A DNA stretch of 64,000 nt from Mustelus asterias (taxonomy: Eukaryota), in contig NC_135802.1 in NCBI RefSeq assembly GCF_964213995.1, forward strand, positions 137,764,001 to 137,828,000, read 5' to 3'. The notes below the pieces were generated by a model. That model ran no database searches and was not told where the DNA came from. It worked only from the letters and a program-made list of their open reading frames with translations. Shown in pieces: positions 12,291 to 24,339 of this stretch. The translations under genes and the position numbers were made by a program. Numbering within the stretch: the stretch's first letter is position 1; each line of letters opens with the position of its first letter.

Positions 12291-12886
12291 ATTATTGAAA
12301 AGGCTTTGCGCTGTTTATCACTGGGAAATTTATCCTGCCACATTGGACTATATTTTAGAGAATGACTTATTTGACCTGGGCCTAATATGAAGGTTGCTAT
12401 CAGCCCAGGCCTACACCCTCCCCAAACCTGTCTCTCCCCACCACAGGGGCTAGCAGGAATTTCCACTGGCACCCCAGCTGGACAACAACCCTATGTCGCA
12501 AAACTAGCCTCAGGATGTCAAGGTGCAAATTACCTCATAGTAGTTTGCCACCATGGCTTTATCCAATCAGAACAAAGGAGAAATGAATGACTTGTGTTCT
12601 GAGTGTACCTATCACTAGTTTAGACATTCAATGGCATTACCATTGTTGAATTTCTGGATGCCTCCCACCCTGCATCAACTTTCTGGGGGTCACCATTGAC
12701 CAGAAACTGAACTGGACAGCCACATAAATACTGTGGCTACAAGAGCAAGTCAGAGGTTGGGGATTCTGTGGAGGGTAACTCACGTCCTGACTCCCCAAAG
12801 CCTGTCCACTATCTACAAGGCACAAGTCAGGAGTTTGATGGAATACTCTCCACTTACTTGGTTGAGTGCAGTTCCAACAACACTTC

Positions 12887-13210
12887 ATAGAATAGAATCC
12901 CTACAGTGCAGAAGGAGGCCATCTGGCCCATTGAGCCTACACTAGCCAGTTCCACCCAGGCTCTATCCCCGTAACCTCACTTATTTACCTTGCGAATCCC
13001 TCTGACACTAAGGGATAATTTAGCATGGCCAATCCACCTAACCTTCACATCTTTGGACTGAGGGAGGAAACCAGAGCACCCAGAGGAAACTCACACAAAC
13101 ACGGAGAGAATGTGCAAACTCCATACAGACAGTTACCCAAGGCCGGAATTGAACCTGTGACCAAGGGCGCTATGAAAATGTAGTGCTAACCATTGTGCCA
13201 ACGTGCCGCC
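12887..13210 (-). mobile_element. HE1/V-type SINE
   Basis: Full reverse-strand SINE from tail catagaatagaatccctacagtgcagaagg to head gtgccgcc. Confidence 0.88.
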
Positions 13211-14196
13211 GTTTGTGTCCTTTCTTTGATTTATAGACTATATTATTTAAGTCATCGGCCCAGATATTCGGCCGTGGGGTGGGAGTGTGGAATCGGGGGA
13301 ATGGAAAAAGTCCAAAACTTGGAGCTCCTTTCGCTTCGCCCACTGGATGTTTGGCAGAAACCTGTTTGGAGTCCCGTTGGGGTTCAATCACCTGTCCATT
13401 CTTGACACACTTCTTAGGTTGAAGAACAATAAGAAGCGAATATAGAGGAGACTTCAAGCTTTACTCTGGCTGTGCACTTGGAAAGGTCCACATAAAATTC
13501 CTTTCTGTCCAAGATTAACATGGTCATTAACCTGTTCAAAAGAAATGAACTGTATTAAGGCAGAGCACAAAGGACTTTTCCACAGCATGTTAATCCCAGA
13601 GGAAGTTAAACTTTAGTATAAATTAATTGTCCTATAAGCAGTATTGGGACTGCCTGATTTTTCATTAGTTTCTGTCCCAAAACCCACATGAACAATAATC
13701 TTCCCCTGTATGGGTGGATTATTTTAATTGGAAAAAATAAAAATTGTTTTCATGTTTTCATTTGGAATCTGGTGCTGTATTAACTGCCCAAAATCAAACC
13801 ATTAATATCACATCAATCAATATGGACATTATAATAAATATGTTATCCCAATTTAAAAATATGCCTTAAATGCTTATAACTACATTCTCAGAGGTGATCT
13901 TCATATCTCCCAATTTCTACTCATCGTGGCCTTAGGATTCCAATCCAGTTTCACATGGTTAAATCTACAGTTTCCCATTAATGAAACAAAAACAATTTAA
14001 ATTTCAATCGCTCCTTTAATAGAATAAAACATTCCAATGTGCTTCAAAGGACGATTATGAAATAAACGATGACACTAAATCATGAAGGAGATATTAGGGA
14101 AGATGACAGACAGCTTGGTCAAGGTGATAGGCACTAAGGAGTATCTTAAATGAGGAAAGCAAGCAGGACAGGCATAGAGGTGTAGAGAGAGTTCCA

Positions 14197-14500
14197 GTGC
14201 TGTTGGTGTTGGTTCTACTGGTGTTGGTGTTGCTGGCGTTGGTGCTGCTGGTGTTGGTTCTACTGGTGTTGGTATTGCTGGGGTTGGTGCTGCTGGTGTT
14301 GGTGCTGCTGGTGTTGGTTCTACTTGTGTTGGTGTTGCTGGCGTTGGTGTTGCTGGTGTTGGTTCTACTGGTGTTGGTGTTGCTGGCGTTGGTGCTGCTG
14401 GTGTTGGTGCTGCTGGTGTTGGTTCTACTGGTGTTGCTGTCACTGATGTTTCTGCTGCTGGTCCTGCTGCTGCGGCTGCTGCTGATGTTTCTGCTGCAGG
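14197..14500. repeat. 15-bp-unit minisatellite (ggtgttggtgctgct and variants)
   Basis: About 16 imperfect units plus flanking gct-rich repeats; stop-free in several frames (PTPAA, NTSST, LVLL). Confidence 0.9.
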
Positions 14501-14783
14501 CCATATTGCTACTCGTTCTTTTGCAATCCAAGGCACCAAGGCACCAGCCGTCCTGCTGTATCTCAGGAAAAGTACTTTCCCACTTGTAGGTGAGAAAGTA
14601 GCTGTAAGTGCTGAGTATTTATTGCAGTACTTTCATGGGGTCTAATCACATGTCGATGTTCTCACTCTGCTTTCACTGATGCCTTTCAGCAAGTCTGGGA
14701 AACCCATGGATGAAAAATTAACCTTAAAATTGTGTTAAAATATCACTCTGTTTGAGTGATCGCTGTATGTTAATAGGTAGTCA

Positions 14784-15258
14784 TGATGTGGAGATGCCGG
14801 TGTTGGACTGGGGTGAACACAGTAAGAGTTTTAACAACACCAGGTTAAAGGCCAACAGGTTTATTTGGTAGCAAACACCATTAGCTTTTGGAGCGCTGCT
14901 CCTTCATCAGATGGAGTGGAAATGTGGAAATGTGCATCTCTAAAGGTGATGGGACAAGTTGTGAAGGCTTTTATGAAAACACACAGGATTCTGGGCTTCA
15001 TAACTAGAAATATAGAAGACTAAAGCAAGGAACCTTTATAACACGCTGGTGAGGCCCTAGTTAGACTGTTGTGTTCAATTCTGGGTACCAAGCTTCAGGA
15101 AGAATGGCATGGGCATTGAGGGCACAGAGGAGATTTACTAGAATGATCCCACATTTCCACTCCATCTGACGAAGGAGCAGCACTCCGAAAGCTAATGGTG
15201 TTTGCTACCAAATAAACCTGTTGGACTTTAACCTGGTGTTGTTAAAACTCTTACTGTG
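14784..15258. mobile_element. Head-to-head Penelope-derived ends enclosing a 217-bp copy of nearby CR1 DNA
   Basis: About 14819-14927 is the reverse complement of about 15149-15258; the interior 14937-15153 matches 16238-16558 minus a SINE insert. Confidence 0.85.
15162..15198 (+). ncRNA. Minimal type-I hammerhead ribozyme motif, canonical core
   Basis: CCAU-CUGACGA-A-GGAG(CAGCA)CUCC-GAAA-GC-UA^AUGG: all core positions present, palindromic AGCU at stem III, AATAAA 12 nt downstream. Confidence 0.75.
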
Positions 15259-15959
15259 TTAATAGATAATGCATACCTTCCCGGGGAGCATGTGCATAAA
15301 CAGTCCAATGTGCTTGACTTAAACATGCAAGTCGGGTGTTTGGAGCCAGTATCACAATGTGGTCACATTTTTGTTGGATTGAATTCGCCGCCCATACCTC
15401 CCAAAGCTAAATTCCCACCTCCTTTATCTCCAGTGTGAAGTTCAGTTGATTAACAGAGTAATTTCTAGTTAGCATGGCTGAAAGTGAAGCGTGCAGGCCT
15501 CAGATCACAAGGGATATCTTATGGACATTTCTAACCTATCACTTGCTCATGAAATTATTCATGAATGCCCACTCCTTGTGTGAAGTCTTGTCCTTTGGGA
15601 CAATATCGGGGTGCCATTGTTTTGTTCCCCGTGATTCTATCCCCAAATTCAGAGGGTCATTTTCTACCTTCTGCACCAAGCAGGTTGTCTCCCCTTACTG
15701 GATGCTCATGTTGGGAGTTCAAGTCTGCACTGCACCCTATTTGCTGGCCGTTCAAAGTAAATTATGCACATAACCAAGTTGGCACAATATATTGTATCCA
15801 TCATTGAACAGGTATTGGTGGTTCTCTGAAGCCTCCAAGCTCCAGAGGCCCCAGTATCCTCTATTCTCCTTTCCCACCAAAAAACATCAGAGGTTGTGCT
15901 TGAATAGATCCACTGATTGGGGCTGGACACAGAAAGCCAATAGTTGACATGATCTGGAT

Positions 15960-17230
15960 CTTTAAATGATTGATTGGAATATAGCAGCTTATGGGACTTG
16001 AGTATACGGGGATAATTGCAAAGTTTGTGGATGACACAAAACTCAGAAATACTATAAAGAGTGAGAAGGATCGTAAAAGGAGGACATGGACTGCTGAAAT
16101 TGGCTGTCGCATGTCAGCTAGAATTTAATGGAGAGAAGTGTGACGTGATTTATTTTGGTACAGGGAACGAGAAGAGGCAATATAAATGAAATAGAGAGGG
16201 TGCAGGAAGAGAGCGACTCGGGGTACACGCATACATGTCTCTAAAGGTGATGGGACAAGTTGTGAAGGCTTTTACGAAAACACACAGGATCCTGGGCTTC
16301 ATAACTAGAAATATAGAAGACTAAAGCAAGGAACCTTTATAACACGCTGGTGAGGCCCTAGTTAGACTGTTGTGTTCAATTCTGGGTACCAAGCTTCAGG
16401 AAGAATGGTATGGGCATTGAGGGCACAGATGTGGGGGTAGGGCCTGGATGGGATTGTGGTCGGTGCAGACTCGATGGGCCGAATGGCCTCCTTCTGCACT
16501 GTAGGGTTTCTGTGATTCTGTGATTCTGTGAGAGGAGATTTACTAGAATGATCCCACACATGAAACAATCAGTTATGTGCAGAGACTAGGGAAGCATGGA
16601 TTTTTCTCTTTAGGATAGCAAAGTTTAAGGGAAAATTTGACAGAGATGTTTAAAGTCATGAGTGGCCTTGATCCAGTAAACAAGGAAACTTTTTACAGTG
16701 GCAGAATGGTCAGTTACTGTATGACACCTGGGTTTCCTCTGGGTACTCCAGTTTCTTTCAACACTCCAAGGATGTGTGGGTTTCATTGATTGGCTGTGCT
16801 AAATTGTCCCTTCGTGTCAGGGGGATTAGCAGGGTAAATACATGGGATTGCGGGGATAGGGCCTGGGGTGGGATTGTTGTCGGTGCAGACTCGATGGGCC
16901 AAAATGGCCTCCTTCTGCACTGCAGGGATTCTATTGTTCTATGATTCTGTGACACAGATTTGAGATAATTGACAAAAGAACCAGAGACTGTGTGAAGAAA
17001 AATAAATTACACAAGTGAGTGGATTGTTAAGATCAAGAGTGCATCACCTTGGCATGGCAATTGAAGCAGATTCAAAAGGAACTTTCAAAAAGCAATCGAA
17101 TAAATGCATGAAGGGGGAAGGCTCACAGGTCTATGGGGAAAGAGCAAGGGAGTGTGGCTAACTGTATAACTCTTTCAGAGCAACAGTATGATGTGCCGAA
17201 AGGCCTTCTCCAGCTGTGTCCTTCTATGAT
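15960..17230 (+). mobile_element. Old CR1 LINE RT/3' region with two SINE fragments inserted (about 16430-16530 and 16726-16950)
   Basis: aagtttgtggatgacacaaaa (KF[A/V]DDTK), acgctggtgaggccc...tgtgttcaattctgg and a CR1 tail. Confidence 0.8.
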
Positions 17231-17379
17231 TGGATGCTTCATTTTACCTGTACTCACAGAACTGAAGGGATAAGCAAAAAATTAATTCAGTTGTGGTTAG
17301 ACACGAGGAGGATTTGGATACATAAAATAGGCCCTGATCAAAATATAATTGAAGTTGTATGTTCGACGTTTATGTACAT

Positions 17380-17675
17380 AGTTTAGTTTGTTTATTAGTG
17401 TCACAAGTAAGCTTACATTAACACTGCAATGAAGTTACTGTGAAAATCCTCTAGTCGCCACACTCCGGCGCCTGTTCAGATACACTGAGGGAGAATTTAG
17501 CATGGCCAATGCACCCAACCAGCACGTCTTTCGGCCTGTTGGAGGAAACCGGGACACGCGGAGGAAACGCACACAGAATGTGCAGACTCCACACAGGCAG
17601 TGACCCAAGCCAGGAATGGGACCCATGTCCCTGGCGCTGTGAGGCAGCAATGCTGACCACTGTGCCACCGTGCCA
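17380..17675 (-). mobile_element. SINE, second tail type (…cagtaacttcattgcagtgttaatgtaagcctacttgtgacactaataaa). Further copies: 21795-22068(-), 25320-25607(-), 40555-40848(-), 46876-47140(+), 51816-52108(+), 62308-62605(-); tail-only fragments at about 1103-1170, 26700-26760 and 57100-57220
   Basis: Same tRNA-like head and central domain as the HE1-type SINE, with a distinct 3' tail. Confidence 0.88.
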
Positions 17676-17718
17676 CTCTCATAGATCGCCCGAGGCGGCA
17701 GCCACCTTTAAAGTTGTT

Positions 17719-18190
17719 TGAAGGGGCTGCTCCTCAATTGTTGGTTGCACTTCAGCTCCACCTTCTTAGTCTTTGGTCACCCGGTGGGAAGGAATGAGGG
17801 CGAGGAAGGAGGAGGAGGGAGTTGGGCCTGCTCCTGGGCCTGGCCATAAACTGGTTCTGGCAGTGGGCAGTCGAGGGAGGTAATCCGACCCGATTGTCTG
17901 CCCCACTACCATGGCTGCGTCCATGGCTGGGTGGCCTTGGAGAGGGAGCATGATGTGTCCACTGGCACGCTTCAGGCCTTCCGCAACCAGTGGGCTCCAC
18001 AGGGGTTGGGGAGCATCAACACCCCAGGAATGACATTTTGATTTAATTTATTAAGTTTCCTTTTGATGTTTTAATTTAGTTAGTGCCCCACCAAGGCTGC
18101 CACCCCTGTAATTTTTTGTTTCATTTATTGATTATTGTTTTGATAGAGTATAAATAGGAGAAAATGATATTTTAATTTGATTTTGTAAGT
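17719..18190 (+). mobile_element. Tx1/L1-clade LINE ORF2 C-terminus and T-rich 3' UTR (degenerate)
   Basis: With frameshifts reads LKGLLLNCWLHFSSTFLVFGHPV...GLLLGLA...DCLP...WVALEREHDVSTGTLQAFRNQWAPQG, resembling remembered shark Tx1-type ORF2 ends. Confidence 0.65.
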
Positions 18191-19539
18191 TTCCTTTGAA
18201 GTGTCAATCCTTTGTTGCAATGTCCCACTGGGTGCTGTCACCTCCCTCTCATTAATCTGGTTTATTGATTTCTGTTTTATCAAACGAGAATACAACACAA
18301 TACAATGAATATTGCATTGCTAACCTGTTTGAAAATAGATTTATGTTGAAGAATGAGATTGAAGTTTAGCACAGGGTCAAGCCGTGCACTTCCCCACCAC
18401 CCCTCCGCACCCCCCGCCCTCCACCCCCCCGCCCCCCCCCCCCCCCCCAACCCCAGCAGTGAAAAATGAAAGATCCTGCATTGAGCAGAATGCACCAGGT
18501 CAGAGTCAAATCAAGTGAATTGCAGAATTCCATAGGTATTGCAGGAAATATCCCAGGAAATCACAGTCTGAGGCTTTTTAAATTATGAAGGGGTTTGATC
18601 GAGTAGACGTAGAGAAAATGCTGCTAATTCTGGGAGTTCAAATTTACAGGTCATAAATATTAGATAGTCACTAATAATTCCAATTCAGGAGAAACTTCTT
18701 TACCCAGAGAATGGTTAGAATGGGGAACTTGCTACCATATGCAGAAATTGAGATGACTAGGATAGATACACTTAAGTGGAAGTGGAGAAAGAAATTGAAG
18801 CATATGTTGATAGGGTAAGATGAAGCAGGTGGCTTATGTGGAATATAAATATGGGCATGGACCTGTTGGGCCAAATGGCCTGTTTTTATGCTGTAAATTT
18901 AATGGACCATAGCTTGATTACCTTCAGGAATCAGGAAGAGACTTCACAGGGTTTTAATTTCTTGGTGATTTTACTTATGAAGAGCCATCTTCTTCAGGAG
19001 ATAGAGCGTAAACCCTGTAATGGACAGATTTCATGCATGACATTACATGAAATATATGACAGACATCAGTGTACAATGAGGATTAAAATAGCCTCTTTCT
19101 TTTTGTAATCAAATGAATTTCACTGTAGCTTAGCCCTGTCTTAACAGTCACCCATTTCATGAATCATACCCAAATCCTTTTCTTTATCCACTCCTACTGT
19201 CGTTAATGCGCACCCACTCGTTGAGTATAGGTTTCATGTTTCTTGTTCCAATGTGTTTTACTCTGCATTTATCCACATTAAAATTCATCAGACCTTTATA
19301 TCAGCACAATGCTTGTCAGTAAATCTGAGTATTCTCCCATTTATTTACATTGAGTCACTAATGTAAAAGATAATGCACCATGTTTGTTACTCACTGCTGG
19401 ATCTCTTTATTTCAGACAAAAATGGCCCAGTGAAATTAACAATGAATCCCTACTTATGGAACTTCGATGACAAAACTATCATCAGTGAAAAGAATTGAAG
19501 AGACACATGACATGAACTCATAGAGGATATTGAAGACAT

Positions 19540-19662
19540 CCCCGGAACGCTATCACCTTGCTTGCCACGGAATTGACGCGAGGGTCCGACAACGGAAATC
19601 TCCGTTGAACTTGGGCAGGAGTTTCCGGCCTTGCCCAAGTGTGGCCGTAAAATCCCACCCAA
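19540..19662. mobile_element. Short MITE-like inverted-repeat element (probable PIF/Harbinger derivative); relatives at about 30458-30600, 53278-53400, 56720-56858 and 59117-59215
   Basis: Shared ends ggg(t/c)gg(g/a)atttt...aaa(a/t)cccaccc and the internal gtcaatgga motif in several copies. Confidence 0.5.
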
Positions 19663-19969
19663 ACTTCTCTGCATTTTCCCAAAGAAGGGAACAAGGCGAA
19701 CACCACAGACAAGTTACCGATGAGACAACTTGTTCTTGCTCAGCTCTTTCTCGTCTGATGCAAAAAATATCTCAACTATCTTTTTGGATGTTATTCCCAT
19801 CTTCAAACTGGACAGAAAAACCTTTAAAAAGAAAGAAGGAAATAAAGATTTGTATTTATGTTGTGACTCACATACCTGCAGAACATCCCAAAACACTCCA
19901 CAGACAATAAAGTACTTTTGAAGTTATAGTGAGGCACTTCCAGACTTGTTAAACACGAACTTCACACCA

Positions 19970-20285
19970 CAGAATCCCTACAATACAGAAGGAGGCCATT
20001 CGGCCCATCGAGTCTGCACTGACCACAATCCCACCCAGGCCCTATTCCCGTAACCCCACACATTTACCCTGCTAATCCCCCTGACACTAGAGTCAATTGA
20101 GCATGGCCAATCAACCTAACCTGCACACCTTTGGACTGTGGGAGGAAACCGGAGCACCCGGAGGAAACCCATGCAGACACAGGGAAAATATGCAAACTCC
20201 ACACAGACAGTTACCCGAGGCCGGAATTAAACCTGGGTCCCTGGCACTGTGAGGCAGCAGTGCTAACCACTATGCCACCATGCCA
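19970..20285 (-). mobile_element. HE1/V-type SINE
   Basis: Complete reverse-strand copy. Confidence 0.9.
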
Positions 20286-20287
20286 TC

Positions 20288-21120
20288 ATGTCTTCATTCA
20301 GAAGGAGGATGTAGGTACAGAATTTGGAGAGAAAGAGTGTGAGATTCTTGAACAGTTTGACATAGGGAGTGAGGAGGTATTGAAAGTTTTGGCAGGCTTA
20401 AAAGTGGACAAATCTCCAGGTCAGGATGAGTTGTATCCCAAGCTGCTGTGGGAAGTAAGGGAGGAAATTACAAAGGTTCTGACCCAGTTTTTTAATTCCT
20501 CTCTGGCCACAGGGGAGGTGCCAGAGGATTGGAAGATAGCTAATGTGGTTCCACTTTTCAAGGAGGGTGTTAGAGGTAAACCAGGGAATTACAGACCAAT
20601 GAGTCTCACATCAGTGGTAGGGAAACTAATGGAGAAAATTCTGAAGCAGAGAACTAATCTCCACTTAGAGAGGCAAGGTTTGATCAGGGGTAGTCAGTAT
20701 GGCTACAAATTTGATTGAAGCTTCCAAGGGGGTGATCGGGTGTGTAGATGAGGGTAGGTGAATAAGATTACGAGGGTATGGACAGGGTGGATAGGAAGAA
20801 GCTGTTCCCCTTAGTTCAAGGGCCAATAATGAGTCAGCATAATTTTAAGGTAAGGGGCAGGAGGTTTAGAAGGGATTTGAGGAAAGCATTTTTCACCCAG
20901 TAGGTGGTGGGAGTCTGGAATGTTGCTGGCTGGGAGGGTAATAGAGGCAGGAAACCTCAGACCCTTTAAAGTGTATGTGAATGAGCATTTGAAATGTCAT
21001 AACATTCAAGGCTAATGTGCCAAGTGCTGGAAAGTGGGATTAGTGTAGATTTAGTGTAGTTTTGTTGGTGCAGGCTTGATGGGCTGAAGGGCCTCTCCTG
21101 TACTATATGACTCTATGACT
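20288..21120 (+). mobile_element. CR1 LINE, RT N-terminal part joined to the 3' end (internal deletion)
   Basis: KSPGQDELYPKLL...PEDWKIANVVPLFK...PGNYRPMSLTSVVGKLMEKIL; tail (tatgactc)n. Confidence 0.9.
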
Positions 21121-22374
21121 TCGTTAGAAGCACAAAAAGTTATTTATTTATAAGAGAAACTGTACAGAGGCCAGCAGTCATGGCCTTACATGTCTTCTAC
21201 CTAGGGGAGGACCCCCCGCCCCTCGCCCCAGTGATTACCCACTCTGCTTCACAATTGGCCCCCCCAAGCCAGGTGACCCTTTGCAGCTGTGTTACCCTTA
21301 AACGGACAATGCCCACAAATCAGCACAGATGTGTAGTCACTGTTGTGATGTAGGAATTGCAGCAACCAATCTGTGCACAGTAACGGGCCACAAGCAGCAA
21401 TGATTTAATGACCAAATCATCTGTTTAGGTTATGTTGGTTTTAGTGAGGTAGCTAGGGCATAAAGTGTATATTATTTAAAGCTTTAAGAATATATAGACA
21501 GCTGGTTGAATCTATAAGTGAAAGATTGTTGGACAATGATTAAATGAGAAGAATAAGCTTTACGATAGAAAACACCCTAATTCAACCAATAACATGATCA
21601 GTGTATTTTGGCATCAGACTTACAATCTGAACGAGGGTAATTAGCGACAGGAATTGAAAGCGTTTAAGTTTGTGTACTGGGGGTGTGTTACGTAGGTAGA
21701 GGTTCGATATAGTGTTGGACACACATCTTCTCTTATACCTGACTCTGCAATACTCGATCTGGGTGTTGTTCGGTGATGAGAGTTTTTTAAAATGTACATT
21801 AACACTGCAATGAAGTTATTGTGAAAATCCCCTAGTCGCCACACTCCAGCGCCTGTTCGGGGACACTGAGGAAGAATTTAGCGTGGCCAATGCACCTAAC
21901 CAGCATGTCTTTTGGAGTGTGGGAGGAAACTGAAGCACCTGGACAAAATCCACGCACACAAGAGGAGAACATGCAGACTCCGTACAGACAGTGACCCAAG
22001 CTGGGAATCGAACCTGGGTCCCTGGCGTTGTGAGGCAGCAGTGCTAACCACTGTGCCACCTGTGCCGCTCTTTGGTGCTGTGGAAATTACTGATATTATC
22101 ATGTGGGCATCAATGTCGTGGAAAGAATTATTCTGTCTACCATTTTACTAGAAGCATTAACCTAGATTTTATAAACAGGTTGGCAGCTTTGTAAAAAAAA
22201 CAGAAGAATTTTATATAGATCTATTAAGTGCAATTCCAGGAATAGATAACCAGAGTAGAATTTTTGTGTAAACAATATGATCTGTTTTTCTAAAAAATAC
22301 TTCTAGAATAGAAAAACATCTCATCCTGCTCCTGGAAAACCTCACATCTGTTCACATGGTGCCACTATACTACA

Positions 22375-23790
22375 GCAACTTGCATTTATATAGCACCTTT
22401 AACTGTAAAATATCCCAAGGCATTTCACAAAAGTGTTATTGAACAGAATTGACTCATAAAGAGACAGTAGAACGTGTAACTTAGTCAGAAAGATAAGTTA
22501 TATGAAACGCCTGAAAGAGGAGAGATAGAGTGAGAGACAGAGAGGTTTAGAGAGGGATTTATTGAGCCTAGGGTTTAGGCAGCTGACGTCACAGGTACTA
22601 ATGTTGGCACAATTTAAATCAAATTTTAAGCAAGTGACCAAAACTAGAGAACCATGAAAATCCAGGGCTGTAGGAGGTTTCAGAGATAGAGAGAGAAATC
22701 CAGGGCTGTAGGTTACAGAGATAGGGAGACAAATGCAGGGCTGTAGGAGGTTATAGAGGTAGGGAGAGATGAGGCTATGGAGAGATTGAAAAATAAAGAT
22801 GGGAATTTTAAAATTGAGGCTCTGTCAGACCAGGAACCAGAATAACTCAGTGAGCATAAGCATCATGGGGGAATGTAGTCTGTTGCAAATTAGGATATGG
22901 CTAGCAAAGTTTGGGATGAGCTCATGGTTAGGGAGATTGGAAAGTGAGAGTTGGACAGCTGGCAGGCCAGACAGGAGGGCATTATCAAGCCTAGAGGCTA
23001 AAAGGCATGGATAAGGGTTAAAGCAGCAGGTAAGGGTTAGACATGGGTGACGTTACAAAGGTGGAAATAGATATCTGATTGGGTGCTCATCTTGGGGTGA
23101 CGTAAGATGGCATGATTGTGAGCAGTCTGGTTCAGCTTCAGACTGTGCTCAGCAGGAGCCAGTTAGTGGCGAGTAAATGAAGTTTATGGTTGTGATTGTA
23201 GACAATGGCTTCAGTCTTCTTAGTATTTACTGGGAGGAAATTTCTGCTCCTCCTGTACCGCGTGCTGAGCAAGTAACATTCTTTTCGCTCTAGAAACTAA
23301 ATCTGCCAAAGAGATGATAAAATTGTGAAATGCAGTGAACTTACCGAAACTCAAAAAATAATTAACCATTTTATTGTTCTTCCATTCAAATCAGTTTGTT
23401 AGCATCCCTATTGTCATATCTGACCCCAACATGAGTTTCTGACTGCATATATGCACCATCAATAAAACCACCTATTTTCTAACATCACCCAACTCCACCC
23501 CTGCCGCGGCTCATCAGTTGCTGAAAGCCTCATTCACGTTTTTGTTACCTCAGGACTTGATTATTCCAATGCACTCCTGGTTGGTCTCCTCATTCCACCC
23601 TCAGGAAACTTGAGATGGCTACTTTTCCGCCTGTGTCTTAACTTGTATCAAATCCCATTCCATCAACACCCTTGTGCTCACTGATCTGGTTCTCAACCTT
23701 GTTTCCAAATCCCTCCATAGCCTCACCTTCCCTATCTCTCTAATCACCCCCAGGTCTACCATCTTACAAAGATATCTGTGGTCATTGTAG
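22375..23790. mobile_element. Old L2-like LINE fragments in both orientations, with a short ~33-bp tandem repeat at about 22658-22770
   Basis: acttgcatttatatagcacctttaa tail on -; ctcattcacgtttttgttacctcaggacttgattattccaatgcactcctg (LIH.FVTS.LDYSNALL) on +. Confidence 0.6.
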
Positions 23791-23799
23791 CATCTCAAC

Positions 23800-24237
23800 A
23801 TAAAAACATAGAAACCAGAAGCAGGAGAAAGCCTTTCAGCCCTTCGAGCCTGCTCTGACATTCATTTTGATCATGGCTGATCATCAAATTCAATATCCCC
23901 CTCCTCCACATTTCCCTTGATCCCTTCAGCCCAGAGAGCTTGATCTAATTTCTTCTTGAAATCAGACAATGTTTTGGCCTCAACTTCATTCGGTGGTAGT
24001 GGATTCCACACATTCACCACTCTCTGGGTGAAGAAATTTCTTGTCACCTCAGTTCGAAAAGGTTTACCCCTTATCCTCAAACTATGACCTCTGGTTCTGG
24101 ACTCCCCCACCATTGGGAACATTCTTTCTGAATCTACCCTGTCTAACCCTGTTAGAATTTTATAAGTTTCTATGAAATCCCCTCTCGCTCTTCTAAACTC
24201 CAGTGAATATAATCCTAACCGACTTAGTCTCTCCTCA
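23800..24237 (-). mobile_element. CR1 LINE 3' fragment
   Basis: EERLSRLGLYSLEFRRARGDFIETYKIL...NFFTQRVVNVWN. Confidence 0.9.
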
Positions 24238-24339
24238 AGCCTCACTGCATTCAATCACTCCACCATTGGTGGCCGTACCTTCAGCTGAAAAGGCCCTAGT
24301 CTCTGCAATGCCCTCCATGCATCTCTCTACCTTCCTTTA

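Noticed and set aside
14197-14589. Poly-Leu/Val 'transmembrane' ORF
   Set aside because: Translation of the 15-bp minisatellite; no start context or recognisable domain.
18393-18455. C-run tract (G-quadruplex potential on -); similar at about 41560-41595
   Set aside because: Low-complexity tracts with no supporting context.
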